A DNA stretch of 47,472 nucleotides. Source: Actinomycetota bacterium (GTDB taxonomy: Bacteria > Actinomycetota > Acidimicrobiia > Acidimicrobiales > Aldehydirespiratoraceae). Below are positions 28,697 to 38,195 of the stretch, piece by piece. The DNA lies in the NCBI GenBank assembly GCA_009937405.1, contig JAACCU010000119.1, forward strand, positions 1-47,472. The letters run 5' to 3'. How positions within the stretch are numbered: the first letter of the stretch is position 1; each line of letters starts with the position of its first letter. The translations under genes and the position numbers were made by a program. Below the pieces are notes generated by a model. It was not told the DNA's origin. It saw nothing but the letters and a program-made list of their open reading frames with translations, and did not search any database.

Positions 28697-30163
28697 TCAG
28701 CGTTTGCGACCGAACCAACCCCGACCAGCCGCATTGTCATCGTGGTCGAAGAATGCAGCGAGTGCATCGTCACCAAGATCGACCTCGTCAAAGGCCACTG
28801 CATCGCGCAGTTGACTGAGGAACGGATCATCCGATTCTTCGACGCCGTCAGCGAAGAGCAGGTCTTGCACGACGGGTATCGGGGCAGTGGGCTCATCACA
28901 CATAACCTCGCCCGACTCGACCCCATCACCAGCAAATGGCTCGAAGTCTGCAGCAGTCACCAGCAGAGGCGGAGCGGGCTCGTCAAGCAGAGTGGAGGCA
29001 GTGTCTGACTGACCCATCGACGCTCCGACCCGCGTCGGCAGCTCCTGTGGGTCAAACACCGGCCGTGGAGATCCGTTGCTGGCGAATGTGCTCGGCGTCG
29101 CCGATGACGTTTCGTTGCCCGCCGCGAGATCGACCGGGATCGGCGAGGGCTCATCAGTCTCAGGAGCAAACATGGGCTCATCCCATGCCGCGACAGGAGC
29201 GGTCCAGGGTTCCTGGTTTTCGACGGAATCAGGCGACTCCGGTGTCAGTTCAGCGACCGACTCTTCGATCGGGGCGAGGACGACAAATTCGACATCGCCA
29301 TCAACCGCGAGGACAGGCGGCATTTCCAGGACGGCGGGGGCAAATGCCTCAGGTTCCGTGATGGCATCAACCATCGGCTCAACCTCTGTCTCAACCCAGG
29401 TCGGGTCGACTTCGATCTCCTCTGCCAACTCCTCTGAGTCGAGTTCAGCGCCGACCTCTTCGGATGCGCCGAGATTGATAGAAGCAGCTCCAGGAGGGAC
29501 AACGCCACTAGTGGCTGGTGCCTGGTCGACCCTGAAGTTCTCTGGTCGTTCGACCAGATCGCTCAGCACGGAAACTGATGCGGCAAGAACCGTGCGCTGC
29601 TCGCAGAGGTGCTGTTCCAGCAAATCGACATCGTCCACGAGGAAGGCGCGGTACCGCTCAAGCTCAGCTACCTCGTTTGCGACACGCTCGTGTTCAGACG
29701 ACGCAATGGCCGCGGCTTCAGCCTCAGTCTCCGCCAGAAGTGTTCGCCGATCGGTTTGGGCCTCAGCATTGACGCGGGATGCGTGATCGTCAGCATCCTT
29801 GATCGTGGCGGCCGCTGAAGACTCCGCTTCACCGAGCGCAATTTGTGCTTGACCTTCGGCCGACGCGATCAGCTGAGCGGCCTCGGCCTTCGCTTCGGCA
29901 ATAGCAGCATCAGCCGTGCGCTGGGCGAGAATAAGCGTGCGGGTAATGGTCTCCTCGGTTTCTCCAGACGCGCTCGAAGCATCTCCTGCGGCGGCGCGAA
30001 CCTCTGCGGATTCGGCCCGTTGCTGAAGCTCAGATACGCGCCCGTGAACTAGGGCTGCCGCCTTGGCGACACGATCGACATAGGCATCGACCTCATCAGA
30101 GTCGTAGCCCTTCCAGACCATGCGGAATTCAATGTCTTGGAACAGCGCTGGCAGTTCATCCAT
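28697..30163 (-). CDS. divIVA: DivIVA-domain protein with long acidic tail
   Basis: IEFRMVWKGYDSDEVDAYVDRV, ITRTLILAQRTAD coiled coil; lies after yggT; TACGGT 7 nt before ATG. Confidence 0.88.
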   Translation of the reverse strand: MDELPALFQDIEFRMVWKGYDSDEVDAYVDRVAKAAALVHGRVSELQQRAESAEVRAAAGDASSASGETEETITRTLILAQRTADAAIAEAKAEAAQLIASAEGQAQIALGEAESSAAATIKDADDHASRVNAEAQTDRRTLLAETEAEAAAIASSEHERVANEVAELERYRAFLVDDVDLLEQHLCEQRTVLAASVSVLSDLVERPENFRVDQAPATSGVVPPGAASINLGASEEVGAELDSEELAEEIEVDPTWVETEVEPMVDAITEPEAFAPAVLEMPPVLAVDGDVEFVVLAPIEESVAELTPESPDSVENQEPWTAPVAAWDEPMFAPETDEPSPIPVDLAAGNETSSATPSTFASNGSPRPVFDPQELPTRVGASMGQSDTASTLLDEPAPPLLVTAADFEPFAGDGVESGEVMCDEPTAPIPVVQDLLFADGVEESDDPFLSQLRDAVAFDEVDLGDDALAAFFDHDDNAAGRGWFGRKR

Positions 30164-30238
30164 ACCAGGAACCGTAGTTTCACCACGCTCTGAGACCGTG
30201 GACCCTCGGGCTGCGATAATACCTGCGATTTCGACCCC

Positions 30239-30496
30239 CTAAGAGCAGATGGCGCTCCGCAGGATGCTGATACCAAAGATGACAATAATCGACGACAAAT
30301 CGAGGGCGACAGCGCCGAGCCGAAGCGGCGGAATATAGCGGCGCAGTGGTCCGAGCACTGGGTCGGTGACCATGTACAGGAAGCCAGCGATCGTAGCGCC
30401 GAATCCGGTGGGATCCAGTGGGAACCAGCTCAGGATGATTCGCCCAAAGATGGCGATCAGATACAGGAGAAGTGCCGTACAAACGATTTCTGCCAT
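30239..30496 (-). CDS. yggT: YggT/YlmG family membrane protein
   Basis: RIILSWFP, TDPVLGPLRRYIPP, LDLS. Confidence 0.92.
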   Translation of the reverse strand: MAEIVCTALLLYLIAIFGRIILSWFPLDPTGFGATIAGFLYMVTDPVLGPLRRYIPPLRLGAVALDLSSIIVIFGISILRSAICS

Positions 30497-30501
30497 CGTG
30501 G

Positions 30502-31104
30502 TCAGTTCAGAGCGCGTCTGGCGTCGGACGCCGAAACAACGACATCGGCCGGTGTCAGGAGATAAACCTGGGTAGCGACCTTGTCCATCTTGCCATCTAG
30601 AGCAAAACAGAGACCACTGGCGAAATCGACCAAGCGGCGCCGCAAGTCTCGATCGACTCCCTGAAGGTTCACGATGACTGCCTGACCATTCTTGAACCGA
30701 TCACCGATGCTTTGGGCATCATTGAACGAGGTCGGGCTCAACGCATGCGGCTTGCCGGTGTCATCGTCGATGATCCGCACCGCAGCCGACGAACTCTGAA
30801 TCCGAACGGAGTCAGCCTCCGGGGCGGGTTCCACCTCAGCAGCCACAGAAGGAGAGCTAGGGTTTGGCTGAATCACGCGAACCGAAGTCGACCGCTGGCG
30901 CGGGATTGCACGAACAGTATTGGACTGGGGAGGCGACGGCCGCTCAGGAACAGCGTGAATCGCCGGACGCCCGCCGGGCGCCGTTTCGCCAGGTCGCTCA
31001 GCTTGGGCTGGACCCGCGCCCGCAGGCGCGAACTCGTCATAGTGTTCGTATTCCTCGTCGGGACCGAGACCCAGGTAAATCAGCGTTTTTTTCAGCATGG
31101 ACAC
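30502..31104 (-). CDS. sepF: Cell division protein SepF
   Basis: KKTLIYLGL amphipathic start, FNDAQSIGDRF, RRLVDFASGL, YLLTP; GAGGAGG before GTG 31104. Confidence 0.94.
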   Translation of the reverse strand: MSMLKKTLIYLGLGPDEEYEHYDEFAPAGAGPAQAERPGETAPGGRPAIHAVPERPSPPQSNTVRAIPRQRSTSVRVIQPNPSSPSVAAEVEPAPEADSVRIQSSSAAVRIIDDDTGKPHALSPTSFNDAQSIGDRFKNGQAVIVNLQGVDRDLRRRLVDFASGLCFALDGKMDKVATQVYLLTPADVVVSASDARRALN

Positions 31105-31187
31105 GTTTGCCCTCCTCACTGGGACAGGCTACTGCTCACAAGGTTCTGGGGGGTGTCATCTCGCTGCGGCAACCCATCTGACCTGCC

Positions 31188-31835
31188 TCAATGCTGGCGG
31201 TGGCCAAAGAGCCCCGTACCAACGCGAACCATTGTGGACCCTTCCTCTACCGCTATGTCGAGGTCTCCACTCATACCCATCGAGCATTCGACGAGACCGA
31301 GTTCGTCCACAAGAGACCGGAGAAGGCGAAACCCTGGTCGAGCCTCTGCCGCTTCGGCAAGCAAGCCAACACCCATCAAACCGATGACGTCGAGTCCTGC
31401 ACCGCGCAGATCATCAACCAAACGCCCGGTGTCGGCTGGCAGGCAACCGCCCTTTGCGTCTTCACCGGAGATATCGACTTGCACCATGACCCGGGCCCCG
31501 GGATCGCGCTTGGCGATCTCGGCACCGAGCTCGATCCGGTCGATGGTTTGCCAGACGTCAACGAGACCCACGAGTTTGCGAACCTTGTTGCGTTGCAGTT
31601 GTCCGATGAAGTGAACGGTGGGCCGAGCATCAAGACCAGTCAGCTTCGCCACAGTCTCCTGGGCGTAGTTCTCGCCGATCTCTGTGATCCCGGCTGCCAT
31701 CGCGGCACGCACGAGCTCGACGTCGTGAGTTTTCGTAACCCCGATGATCTGGACCCTTTCGCCGCCGATTCGCGAGATTCGTTCACGCAGGGCGGTCAGC
31801 CGTCCACTGATGACGGTCGCATCGACAATGGTCAT
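31188..31835 (-). CDS. yggS: PLP homeostasis protein (YggS family)
   Basis: GVTKT, GENYAQE, HFIGQLQRNK, SMGMSGD, MVRVGT. Confidence 0.95.
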   Translation of the reverse strand: MTIVDATVISGRLTALRERISRIGGERVQIIGVTKTHDVELVRAAMAAGITEIGENYAQETVAKLTGLDARPTVHFIGQLQRNKVRKLVGLVDVWQTIDRIELGAEIAKRDPGARVMVQVDISGEDAKGGCLPADTGRLVDDLRGAGLDVIGLMGVGLLAEAAEARPGFRLLRSLVDELGLVECSMGMSGDLDIAVEEGSTMVRVGTGLFGHRQH

Positions 31836-32512
31836 CGGTTCGCCTCGAGACGCACAACGCTAACTTGTCGTCCTGTGTCGCCCCGGGTGCGATGACTGTA
31901 AAACCGCTCGTCGGCGGTGTTGTGACCGAGATCGTTGATGCGTTCGACACCCGCCTTCTCCAATGCCACCCGCGCCGCCATAGCCATATCGAGTGCGGGG
32001 TTGCCCGCATCAGTCATCGACCGGACAGCATCGCCAGTGACCGCTACCACCGCATCGAGATCCTCAGGGCCGAACTCGTAATGGCTTGGACGAATGCAAG
32101 CGCCGATCGTGGCCAGAAGGTTGCCGGCGCCGAGCTGACGCATCCGTTCAACTGTGGCGGGCACCACTCCTTCGACGATTCCTCGCCAACCCGAATGGGC
32201 AACGCCGATCACCCCGTCACCGGTAAAGACGATCGGCACGCAGTCAGCCGTCTGCACGGCGAGGACCGCTCCGAGCACTGTCGTTACCGCCGCATCGGCG
32301 GAGGCCCCACTTCCTTCTCCCAAACGAGTGACTGTCACGACATCGGCTCCGTGGGCTTGACGGAGCCACGTCCACTCGCCTGCCATAGTTTGCTTCCGCA
32401 ACAAGTCGAGACCATCCGCGGGCCCGTCGACATGGAAGTCGCCGTCACCGCGATCGGTGAATCCCATCATGGCTGAAGTAGCCGGACCCGCAGGCACCCG
32501 TCGGACAAGCAT
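31832..32512 (-). CDS. pgeF: Peptidoglycan editing factor / purine nucleoside phosphorylase (YfiH family)
   Basis: QAHG, ADAAVT, TADCVPI, AHSGWRG, FYSHR..GRQ. Confidence 0.92.
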   Translation of the reverse strand: MLVRRVPAGPATSAMMGFTDRGDGDFHVDGPADGLDLLRKQTMAGEWTWLRQAHGADVVTVTRLGEGSGASADAAVTTVLGAVLAVQTADCVPIVFTGDGVIGVAHSGWRGIVEGVVPATVERMRQLGAGNLLATIGACIRPSHYEFGPEDLDAVVAVTGDAVRSMTDAGNPALDMAMAARVALEKAGVERINDLGHNTADERFYSHRTRGDTGRQVSVVRLEANR

Positions 32513-32550
32513 GCTTCAGTCTCTCACGAAGCGCTCAACGAGTGACGCGG

Positions 32551-33666
32551 TTACTTCAAGAACGACGGGACATCGAAGTCGTCGTCTCCGAGATCGAGAT
32601 CGTCGTCATCGTCAGTGGCGAACACATCAGCGATCCGCACTTCGCCTGTCGAAGCGCCACTATCGGCTCGCTCATCACCGGGACGAGCGATCGGGAGCGC
32701 CGAGCGAGACGAGGAGTCGTCCCATCGGTCGAAGCCAGCGGCAATGACCGTGATACGAACGTCATCACCCATCTCATCATCGATGACTGCGCCAAAGATG
32801 ATGTTGGCATCGGGGTGGGCCACCCCATGGATGATCTCGGCCGCCTCGTTTATCTCGAGCAGACCCAGATCCGGGCCACCAGAGATGTTAAGCAGGATGC
32901 CGCGTGCGTTCTCGATGGATGCTTCGAGCAACGGACTAGAGATCGAGGCACGGGCGGCAGCAACAGCACGGCCTTCGCCACTCCCCGTGCCGATGCCCAT
33001 AAGGGCAGAGCCAGCATCGGTCATCACGGTTCGAACGTCTGCGAAGTCGGTGTTGATCAAGCCTGGCGTGGTGATCAGGTCAGTAATGCCCTGCACACCT
33101 TGCAACAAGACCTCATCCGCCATCTTGAACGCATTCAGGACCGATGTGTCGTTGCTGGCGACCGACAGCAGTCGGTCGTTGGGGATGACAATCAGGGTGT
33201 CAACCTTTTCTTTGAGCCTCTGGATGCCCTGCTCGGCCTGCACCGACCGGCGGCGGCCTTCGAACGCAAACGGGCGGGTAACGACGCCGATGGTGAGAGC
33301 ACCCTGGCTTTTGGCTACCTCGGCAATCACGGGAGCAGCTCCGGTACCCGTGCCGCCCCCCTTCCCCGCAGTGATGAACACCATGTCGGCGCCGGCCAGC
33401 GACTCACGGATCTCGTCGATGTGTTCTTCGGCGGCCTGTCGACCAATCTCAGGATCAGACCCGGCCCCAAGACCGCGGGTGAGATCGCGTCCGATGTCGA
33501 GCTTCTCGTCGGCATCGCTCATGAGCAGCGCTTGCGCATCGGTATTGGCCGCGATGAACTCGACACCTTTCAAACCGGCATCGATCATGCGGTTGACGGC
33601 GTTCACACCACCACCACCGACACCGACGACCTTGATTACAGCCAAGTAGTTCTGCGGATCAGACAT
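32551..33666 (-). CDS. ftsZ: Cell division protein FtsZ
   Basis: [32 protein letters not shown]-terminal DVPSFLK; start placed at MSDPQNY. Confidence 0.99.
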   Translation of the reverse strand: MSDPQNYLAVIKVVGVGGGGVNAVNRMIDAGLKGVEFIAANTDAQALLMSDADEKLDIGRDLTRGLGAGSDPEIGRQAAEEHIDEIRESLAGADMVFITAGKGGGTGTGAAPVIAEVAKSQGALTIGVVTRPFAFEGRRRSVQAEQGIQRLKEKVDTLIVIPNDRLLSVASNDTSVLNAFKMADEVLLQGVQGITDLITTPGLINTDFADVRTVMTDAGSALMGIGTGSGEGRAVAAARASISSPLLEASIENARGILLNISGGPDLGLLEINEAAEIIHGVAHPDANIIFGAVIDDEMGDDVRITVIAAGFDRWDDSSSRSALPIARPGDERADSGASTGEVRIADVFATDDDDDLDLGDDDFDVPSFLK

Positions 33667-33872
33667 CGCGTTTAAGACCTCGTTGGTCGGAGGCAGGCTT
33701 CTGCATTGCAGGAGCATGGTTCTGGACACCGTCCGGAGCACCGTACATGCCCAGAGTAGCCGCCGACCGTATACCCGCCGATGCGGAATGCGGCGGACGG
33801 TTCATAGGCATAGCTCAGAAGTCATTGTGTGCAACAGTTCGACCTCGAGATGATGGCGCGTCACACATTGAG

Positions 33873-34694
33873 CTAATCAACGTTGCCAGCGCCCAACGTC
33901 GCGTCACAAATCGGATCCCGAGTAACGGTGGGATGGTCGGGGACGCGTGCATCGATCGTGGCCAGACACTCAAGTTCGACTCCACCGAGCACCGCACGTA
34001 CAGCATCGAGTTTGTCTTCCAAGTCTTCAGCGGGACCGAGATTAGCCGTGGCATTGCCAACCAGAACGAGCACGACCGATGGCCGAAGTCCGGACTCGCC
34101 GATCTTGATGGCTTCAACCCAGGCGTCAAGATCGTCGGGCAGCAACGCAACGACGGCAAGGGCTGGTGCCGCATGATCTTGGGTGTCGCCCAGCGAACCT
34201 TCGGGACGAACGGCCACAATCGGCAGAGCGGACGGAACCGTTGTGCCGGGAGTGACCGCAATCGCCACCCCATCGGCATCTACAAGAACATGACTTCCAT
34301 CGCCTCGCGGCATGAGTGCGACGGCCTGGCGCGCAACGACACCGATATTGATCGTGCCCGGCCAGTCGCGGGCCACGGTGGTCGACTCGACCCAAGCAAT
34401 CTCCGTGAGCGCCGCCGCAATCGCCGACTGATCGATGTCCAAGAGCGGCATGCCGTACTCCACACCCATCGCGGCCTCAATCAGAGCGGCCTGTGCGGGC
34501 CCAACGCCAGCGATCTCGACATGGTCAAGATCGAGGAGACGTGACTGAGTGGCGAACCAGCCGCCAACGCCGACGCCCGCAACCAACATGACCACAACCA
34601 GAAGACGGAGACGCCGACGACCCTCAGCCCTGCGGACATCGATGCGTCGCCGCCGCAGACGTGGATCAATTCTCATCGCTACTGCGGTTGCCAC
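33873..34694 (-). CDS. ftsQ: Cell division protein FtsQ
   Basis: Basic N-terminus, single TM helix, POTRA-like WVESTTVARDWP, IDARVP; directly upstream of ftsZ. Confidence 0.88.
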   Translation of the reverse strand: MATAVAMRIDPRLRRRRIDVRRAEGRRRLRLLVVVMLVAGVGVGGWFATQSRLLDLDHVEIAGVGPAQAALIEAAMGVEYGMPLLDIDQSAIAAALTEIAWVESTTVARDWPGTINIGVVARQAVALMPRGDGSHVLVDADGVAIAVTPGTTVPSALPIVAVRPEGSLGDTQDHAAPALAVVALLPDDLDAWVEAIKIGESGLRPSVVLVLVGNATANLGPAEDLEDKLDAVRAVLGGVELECLATIDARVPDHPTVTRDPICDATLGAGNVD

Positions 34695-35626
34695 GTATCC
34701 TCCTCGAAGCCAACCACGTGGGTCTCAGCATGCAACTCCACGCCGTGCGTTTCGTGGACCCGTCGCATGACTTCCTTCATCAACGCGAAAACGTCATCAG
34801 CAGAGCCGTTCGGATCCGCTTGGATGAAGTCGGCGTGCTTGGGCGACACCTCCGCTGACCCAATCCGAAAGCCCTTCAAACCGGCGCTGTCAATCAGCTG
34901 ACCTGCCGACTCGCCGGGCGGATTCGTGAAGACCGAGCCAGCGTTTTGCCCACCGGGCTGATTATTTCGCCGCCACTGCACGATCTCGAGCATCTCGGCT
35001 TTGCCCTCAATCACATCGCCGGGTTCGAGCTCAAGCGTCGCTCTCAGAACCAATTGCGACGACCGAAGCGCCGACCGTCTGTAACCAAAGTCGAGTTCGT
35101 CTACGGGCCACCTTCGCTCGAAATCAACATTCTCAAAATCCACAATGTCGGCCGATGTCACCACGTCGGACATTTCTGCACCGTGTCCACCTGCGTTCAT
35201 TCGGATCGCACCACCAATTGAACCGGGCACACCGACAGCCCAGGCAAATCCACGAAGCCCGGCGTTCACCGCGGCACGCGCCACCACCGGGAGCTTTGCG
35301 GCACCTCCGGCAACGATGGTGGTGCCGTCAATCGCTATTTCGCTGAAGGCGCCACGGGTCACGACCGCGACACCGGCAAACCCAGAATCGGCCACCAACA
35401 AATTGCTACCGCGTCCAACGGTGATGGTCGACACACCAGTGCCGTGCAACGCCTCGCCCAACACCGCGACATGGTCAGGGGAGTCCAGTGCCACGAGCAC
35501 GCTGGCGCTGCCACCAACCCCATATGTCGTCCGAGCGCCGAGCGGGGCATCCAGCGTTACCTGCGGTGCCAATGGCCCGTTGAGAAGGGTGACGATCAGA
35601 GCGTCGAGCGCATCAGGGTCAGCCAT
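34679..35626 (-). CDS. murB: UDP-N-acetylenolpyruvoylglucosamine reductase
   Basis: TTYGVGG, GRGSNLL, PGSIGGAIRMNAG, FGYRRS, AGSVFTNP, KHADF. Confidence 0.95.
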   Translation of the reverse strand: MADPDALDALIVTLLNGPLAPQVTLDAPLGARTTYGVGGSASVLVALDSPDHVAVLGEALHGTGVSTITVGRGSNLLVADSGFAGVAVVTRGAFSEIAIDGTTIVAGGAAKLPVVARAAVNAGLRGFAWAVGVPGSIGGAIRMNAGGHGAEMSDVVTSADIVDFENVDFERRWPVDELDFGYRRSALRSSQLVLRATLELEPGDVIEGKAEMLEIVQWRRNNQPGGQNAGSVFTNPPGESAGQLIDSAGLKGFRIGSAEVSPKHADFIQADPNGSADDVFALMKEVMRRVHETHGVELHAETHVVGFEEDTWQPQ

Positions 35627-37050
35627 CACACGACACCAGGGGTGGCGAGTCGTCCGATTACCTGGTCGGGCATCGCGGTGAGATCGCCGGCGTCGAGGGT
35701 GATGCAGAGATCGCCCGGCCGCAGGCGCGATGTAAGCCAGTGCGCGACATCGTCGAGGCGAGGCATCCATGCCACCGATGCCCACGGATTGGCGTCGAGC
35801 ACAGCGTCGACCAGCAATTTGCCTGTGACTCCAGGCCGCGGGGTCTCGCCCGAGGAATAGATATCGGTGAGCACCAACTCGTCAACGCCGTCAAAGGAGT
35901 GGGCGAAGTCTTGCCAAAGAGCGGCAGTGCGGCTGTATCGGTGAGGCTGGAAGACGCAGACGACTCGATTCCAGCCGCCATCGCCGGCGGCTTCAATGGC
36001 AGCTTCAACCTCGGTCGGTAGATGGGCGTAGTCGTCGACGAACGTGATCCCGTCGATCTCGCCGCGAAATTCGAACCGTCGGGCAACGCCTCCAAAGCGA
36101 CCGAGGGCACGCGCTGCGGCATCCGCGGGCGCGCCTAGAAGCAGTCCGGCGACCACGGCAGCGGTTGCGTTTCGTGCGTTGTGTAGTCCCGGGGTCGGCA
36201 ACTCGATCCTGATCAGGTCGACGCCCTCGTGGCGGACCGTGAACTCGATGCTCGAACGGCGGGGTTCGACGTCAATCATCTGATAGTCCGCATCATCTGA
36301 TGTGCCGTACGTGGTGGCGCCGGTCGTGGCTGCCAAGGCCGCCGCTCCCGCATCGTCGGCGCACATCACGCGCATCTGTGCCTGGCCGGCGAACTCCTCG
36401 AATGCTTCGACGAGAAGGGCCGGATCGTTGTCGTAGGTCTCCAGGTGGTCGGGCTCGACGTTTGTGACGATCGCCAACTCGCCGCCAAGGGAGAGGAAGG
36501 TGCGGTCACTCTCGTCACCTTCGATGACAAACCATTCGCCATCATCCCAGACGGCCCCAGATCCGATTTCGTTGACATCTCCGCCAATGATGAACGACGG
36601 GTTCAGCTCTGCCTCGACGAGCACCAGCGCCAGCATGGAGCTGGTTGTCGTCTTCCCGTGAGTCCCTGAGACAACGACCGTCCGCCGCTGAGCGGCTATA
36701 GCAGGAAGAATGTCGGACCGACGAAGCACCGGAATACCGGCGTCGCGGGCTGCCATCACCTCAGGGTTATGGTTGGGGATCGCGGTACTGATGGCGACGA
36801 GTTCGGCATCACCGACATTGGCGGCATCGTGGCCGACCGACACGGAGATCCCCGCAGCACGAAGCCGTTCGCTTATTGGCCCGTCCTTCAGATCAGAACC
36901 CGTGACACGGTGACCCATGGTGTTGAGTACAGAGGCGATGGCGCCCATTCCAGCGCCACCAGCGCCCACGACATGAACTCGACGCGGCGTCGTCAGGTCG
37001 GGAATATTTGTGTTCGCTGCATCTCTGGCATTGGCAAGATCAGAGCTCAT
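35626..37050 (-). CDS. murC: UDP-MurNAc-L-alanine ligase
   Basis: GAGGAGM, GTHGKTTTS, EGDESD, DDYAHLPTE, FQPHRYSRT. Confidence 0.97.
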   Translation of the reverse strand: MSSDLANARDAANTNIPDLTTPRRVHVVGAGGAGMGAIASVLNTMGHRVTGSDLKDGPISERLRAAGISVSVGHDAANVGDAELVAISTAIPNHNPEVMAARDAGIPVLRRSDILPAIAAQRRTVVVSGTHGKTTTSSMLALVLVEAELNPSFIIGGDVNEIGSGAVWDDGEWFVIEGDESDRTFLSLGGELAIVTNVEPDHLETYDNDPALLVEAFEEFAGQAQMRVMCADDAGAAALAATTGATTYGTSDDADYQMIDVEPRRSSIEFTVRHEGVDLIRIELPTPGLHNARNATAAVVAGLLLGAPADAAARALGRFGGVARRFEFRGEIDGITFVDDYAHLPTEVEAAIEAAGDGGWNRVVCVFQPHRYSRTAALWQDFAHSFDGVDELVLTDIYSSGETPRPGVTGKLLVDAVLDANPWASVAWMPRLDDVAHWLTSRLRPGDLCITLDAGDLTAMPDQVIGRLATPGVV

Positions 37051-38195
37051 TCGGCTTCCTCGTCTGATAGGAGCGGACGGCGAGCATGCACAGCCACGAG
37101 GTCGACAACGGCTTGCGCGGCATCGCGCCGAGCGGTCCCTTTCGCTCGTTCCGACATGTCCTGAAGGCGACCGGGTTGATCAATCAGTTCGTCCACTTCG
37201 GCGCGAAGGCGTGCACCATCAAGTTCGCTATCGATCACCATGACTGCAGCACCGGCATCAACGAGGGCCCGGGCATTCGCGGTCTGATGATCGCCGGGAG
37301 CCCCGGGCAGCGGAACAAGAACAGCAGGGACGCCGATCGCTGCGAGTTCGGCGACAGAACTCGCTCCTGATCGACAGACCACAAGGTCTGCCGCGGCGTA
37401 GACCGTTGGCATGTCGTCTTCGTATTCGACCAGCGTGAACTGCATTGTGTCGCGTTCTGTAAGGGGATTTCGATTGGCCAGATCGGCGTGGTCGCGGCTT
37501 CCGCCAACAAGCCTCACTGCGAGGTTGCTGCGCTCTCGCCACTCCCCCAGCGAGTCCATCAACGCGTTATTGATGCGACGGGCGCCCAACGATCCGCCAA
37601 AGACTGCGAGCAAAAGTCTGTCGTCCTTGACACCCAAACGATCACGAGCGCTGGCTCGGTCGGTCAAACGATCGACGGCAAGAATTTCAGGGCGGACAGG
37701 GTTGCCTGTCCACACTCCCCGTCGTAGTTCAGTCCCGGCGAAAGAGAGCGCACAGGCCTTGGCGAATCGAGCGGCCATGCGGTTAGCGGCCCCGGGCACA
37801 GCGTTTTGCTCGGCGACGACGATGGGGATGCGCCAGATCACTGCAGCGAGGACGCAGGGCACAGAGGCGTATCCACCAAGGCCGATAACCACGGATGGAC
37901 GCGCACGACGGACGAGAATCAGGGCTTGGAAAATGGCACGGATAAGCCCGATGACAGCACCGACATTCGCAGGCGTGAGCCGGCGTTGAATTCCGCGCCC
38001 AGGCAGGAGTTGCAAAGGAAAGCCGGCTTCAGGAACAAGGCGAACTTCGATTCCTCGCTTGCTCCCTACCCATTGGATCTGTTCTGCAGGAACACCGCGG
38101 CGTTGGATCTCCCGAGCGATCGATAAGCCTGGCGTCACGTGGCCCGCGGTACCACCACCGGCGATGATAGCCCAGGTATCAGCGCGGGTAGTCAT
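37047..38195 (-). CDS. murG: Lipid II GlcNAc transferase
   Basis: GGGTAGH, GGY, EQN, GNPVR, GGSLGA, RSGASSVAE, HQTANA. Confidence 0.97.
   Translation of the reverse strand: MTTRADTWAIIAGGGTAGHVTPGLSIAREIQRRGVPAEQIQWVGSKRGIEVRLVPEAGFPLQLLPGRGIQRRLTPANVGAVIGLIRAIFQALILVRRARPSVVIGLGGYASVPCVLAAVIWRIPIVVAEQNAVPGAANRMAARFAKACALSFAGTELRRGVWTGNPVRPEILAVDRLTDRASARDRLGVKDDRLLLAVFGGSLGARRINNALMDSLGEWRERSNLAVRLVGGSRDHADLANRNPLTERDTMQFTLVEYEDDMPTVYAAADLVVCRSGASSVAELAAIGVPAVLVPLPGAPGDHQTANARALVDAGAAVMVIDSELDGARLRAEVDELIDQPGRLQDMSERAKGTARRDAAQAVVDLVAVHARRPLLSDEEAE

Noticed and set aside
33659-33748. Upstream ORF (MYGAPDG...) overlapping the ftsZ start
   Set aside because: No Shine-Dalgarno, only 4 nt from the -10 candidate, and no other support; ORFs this short arise by chance
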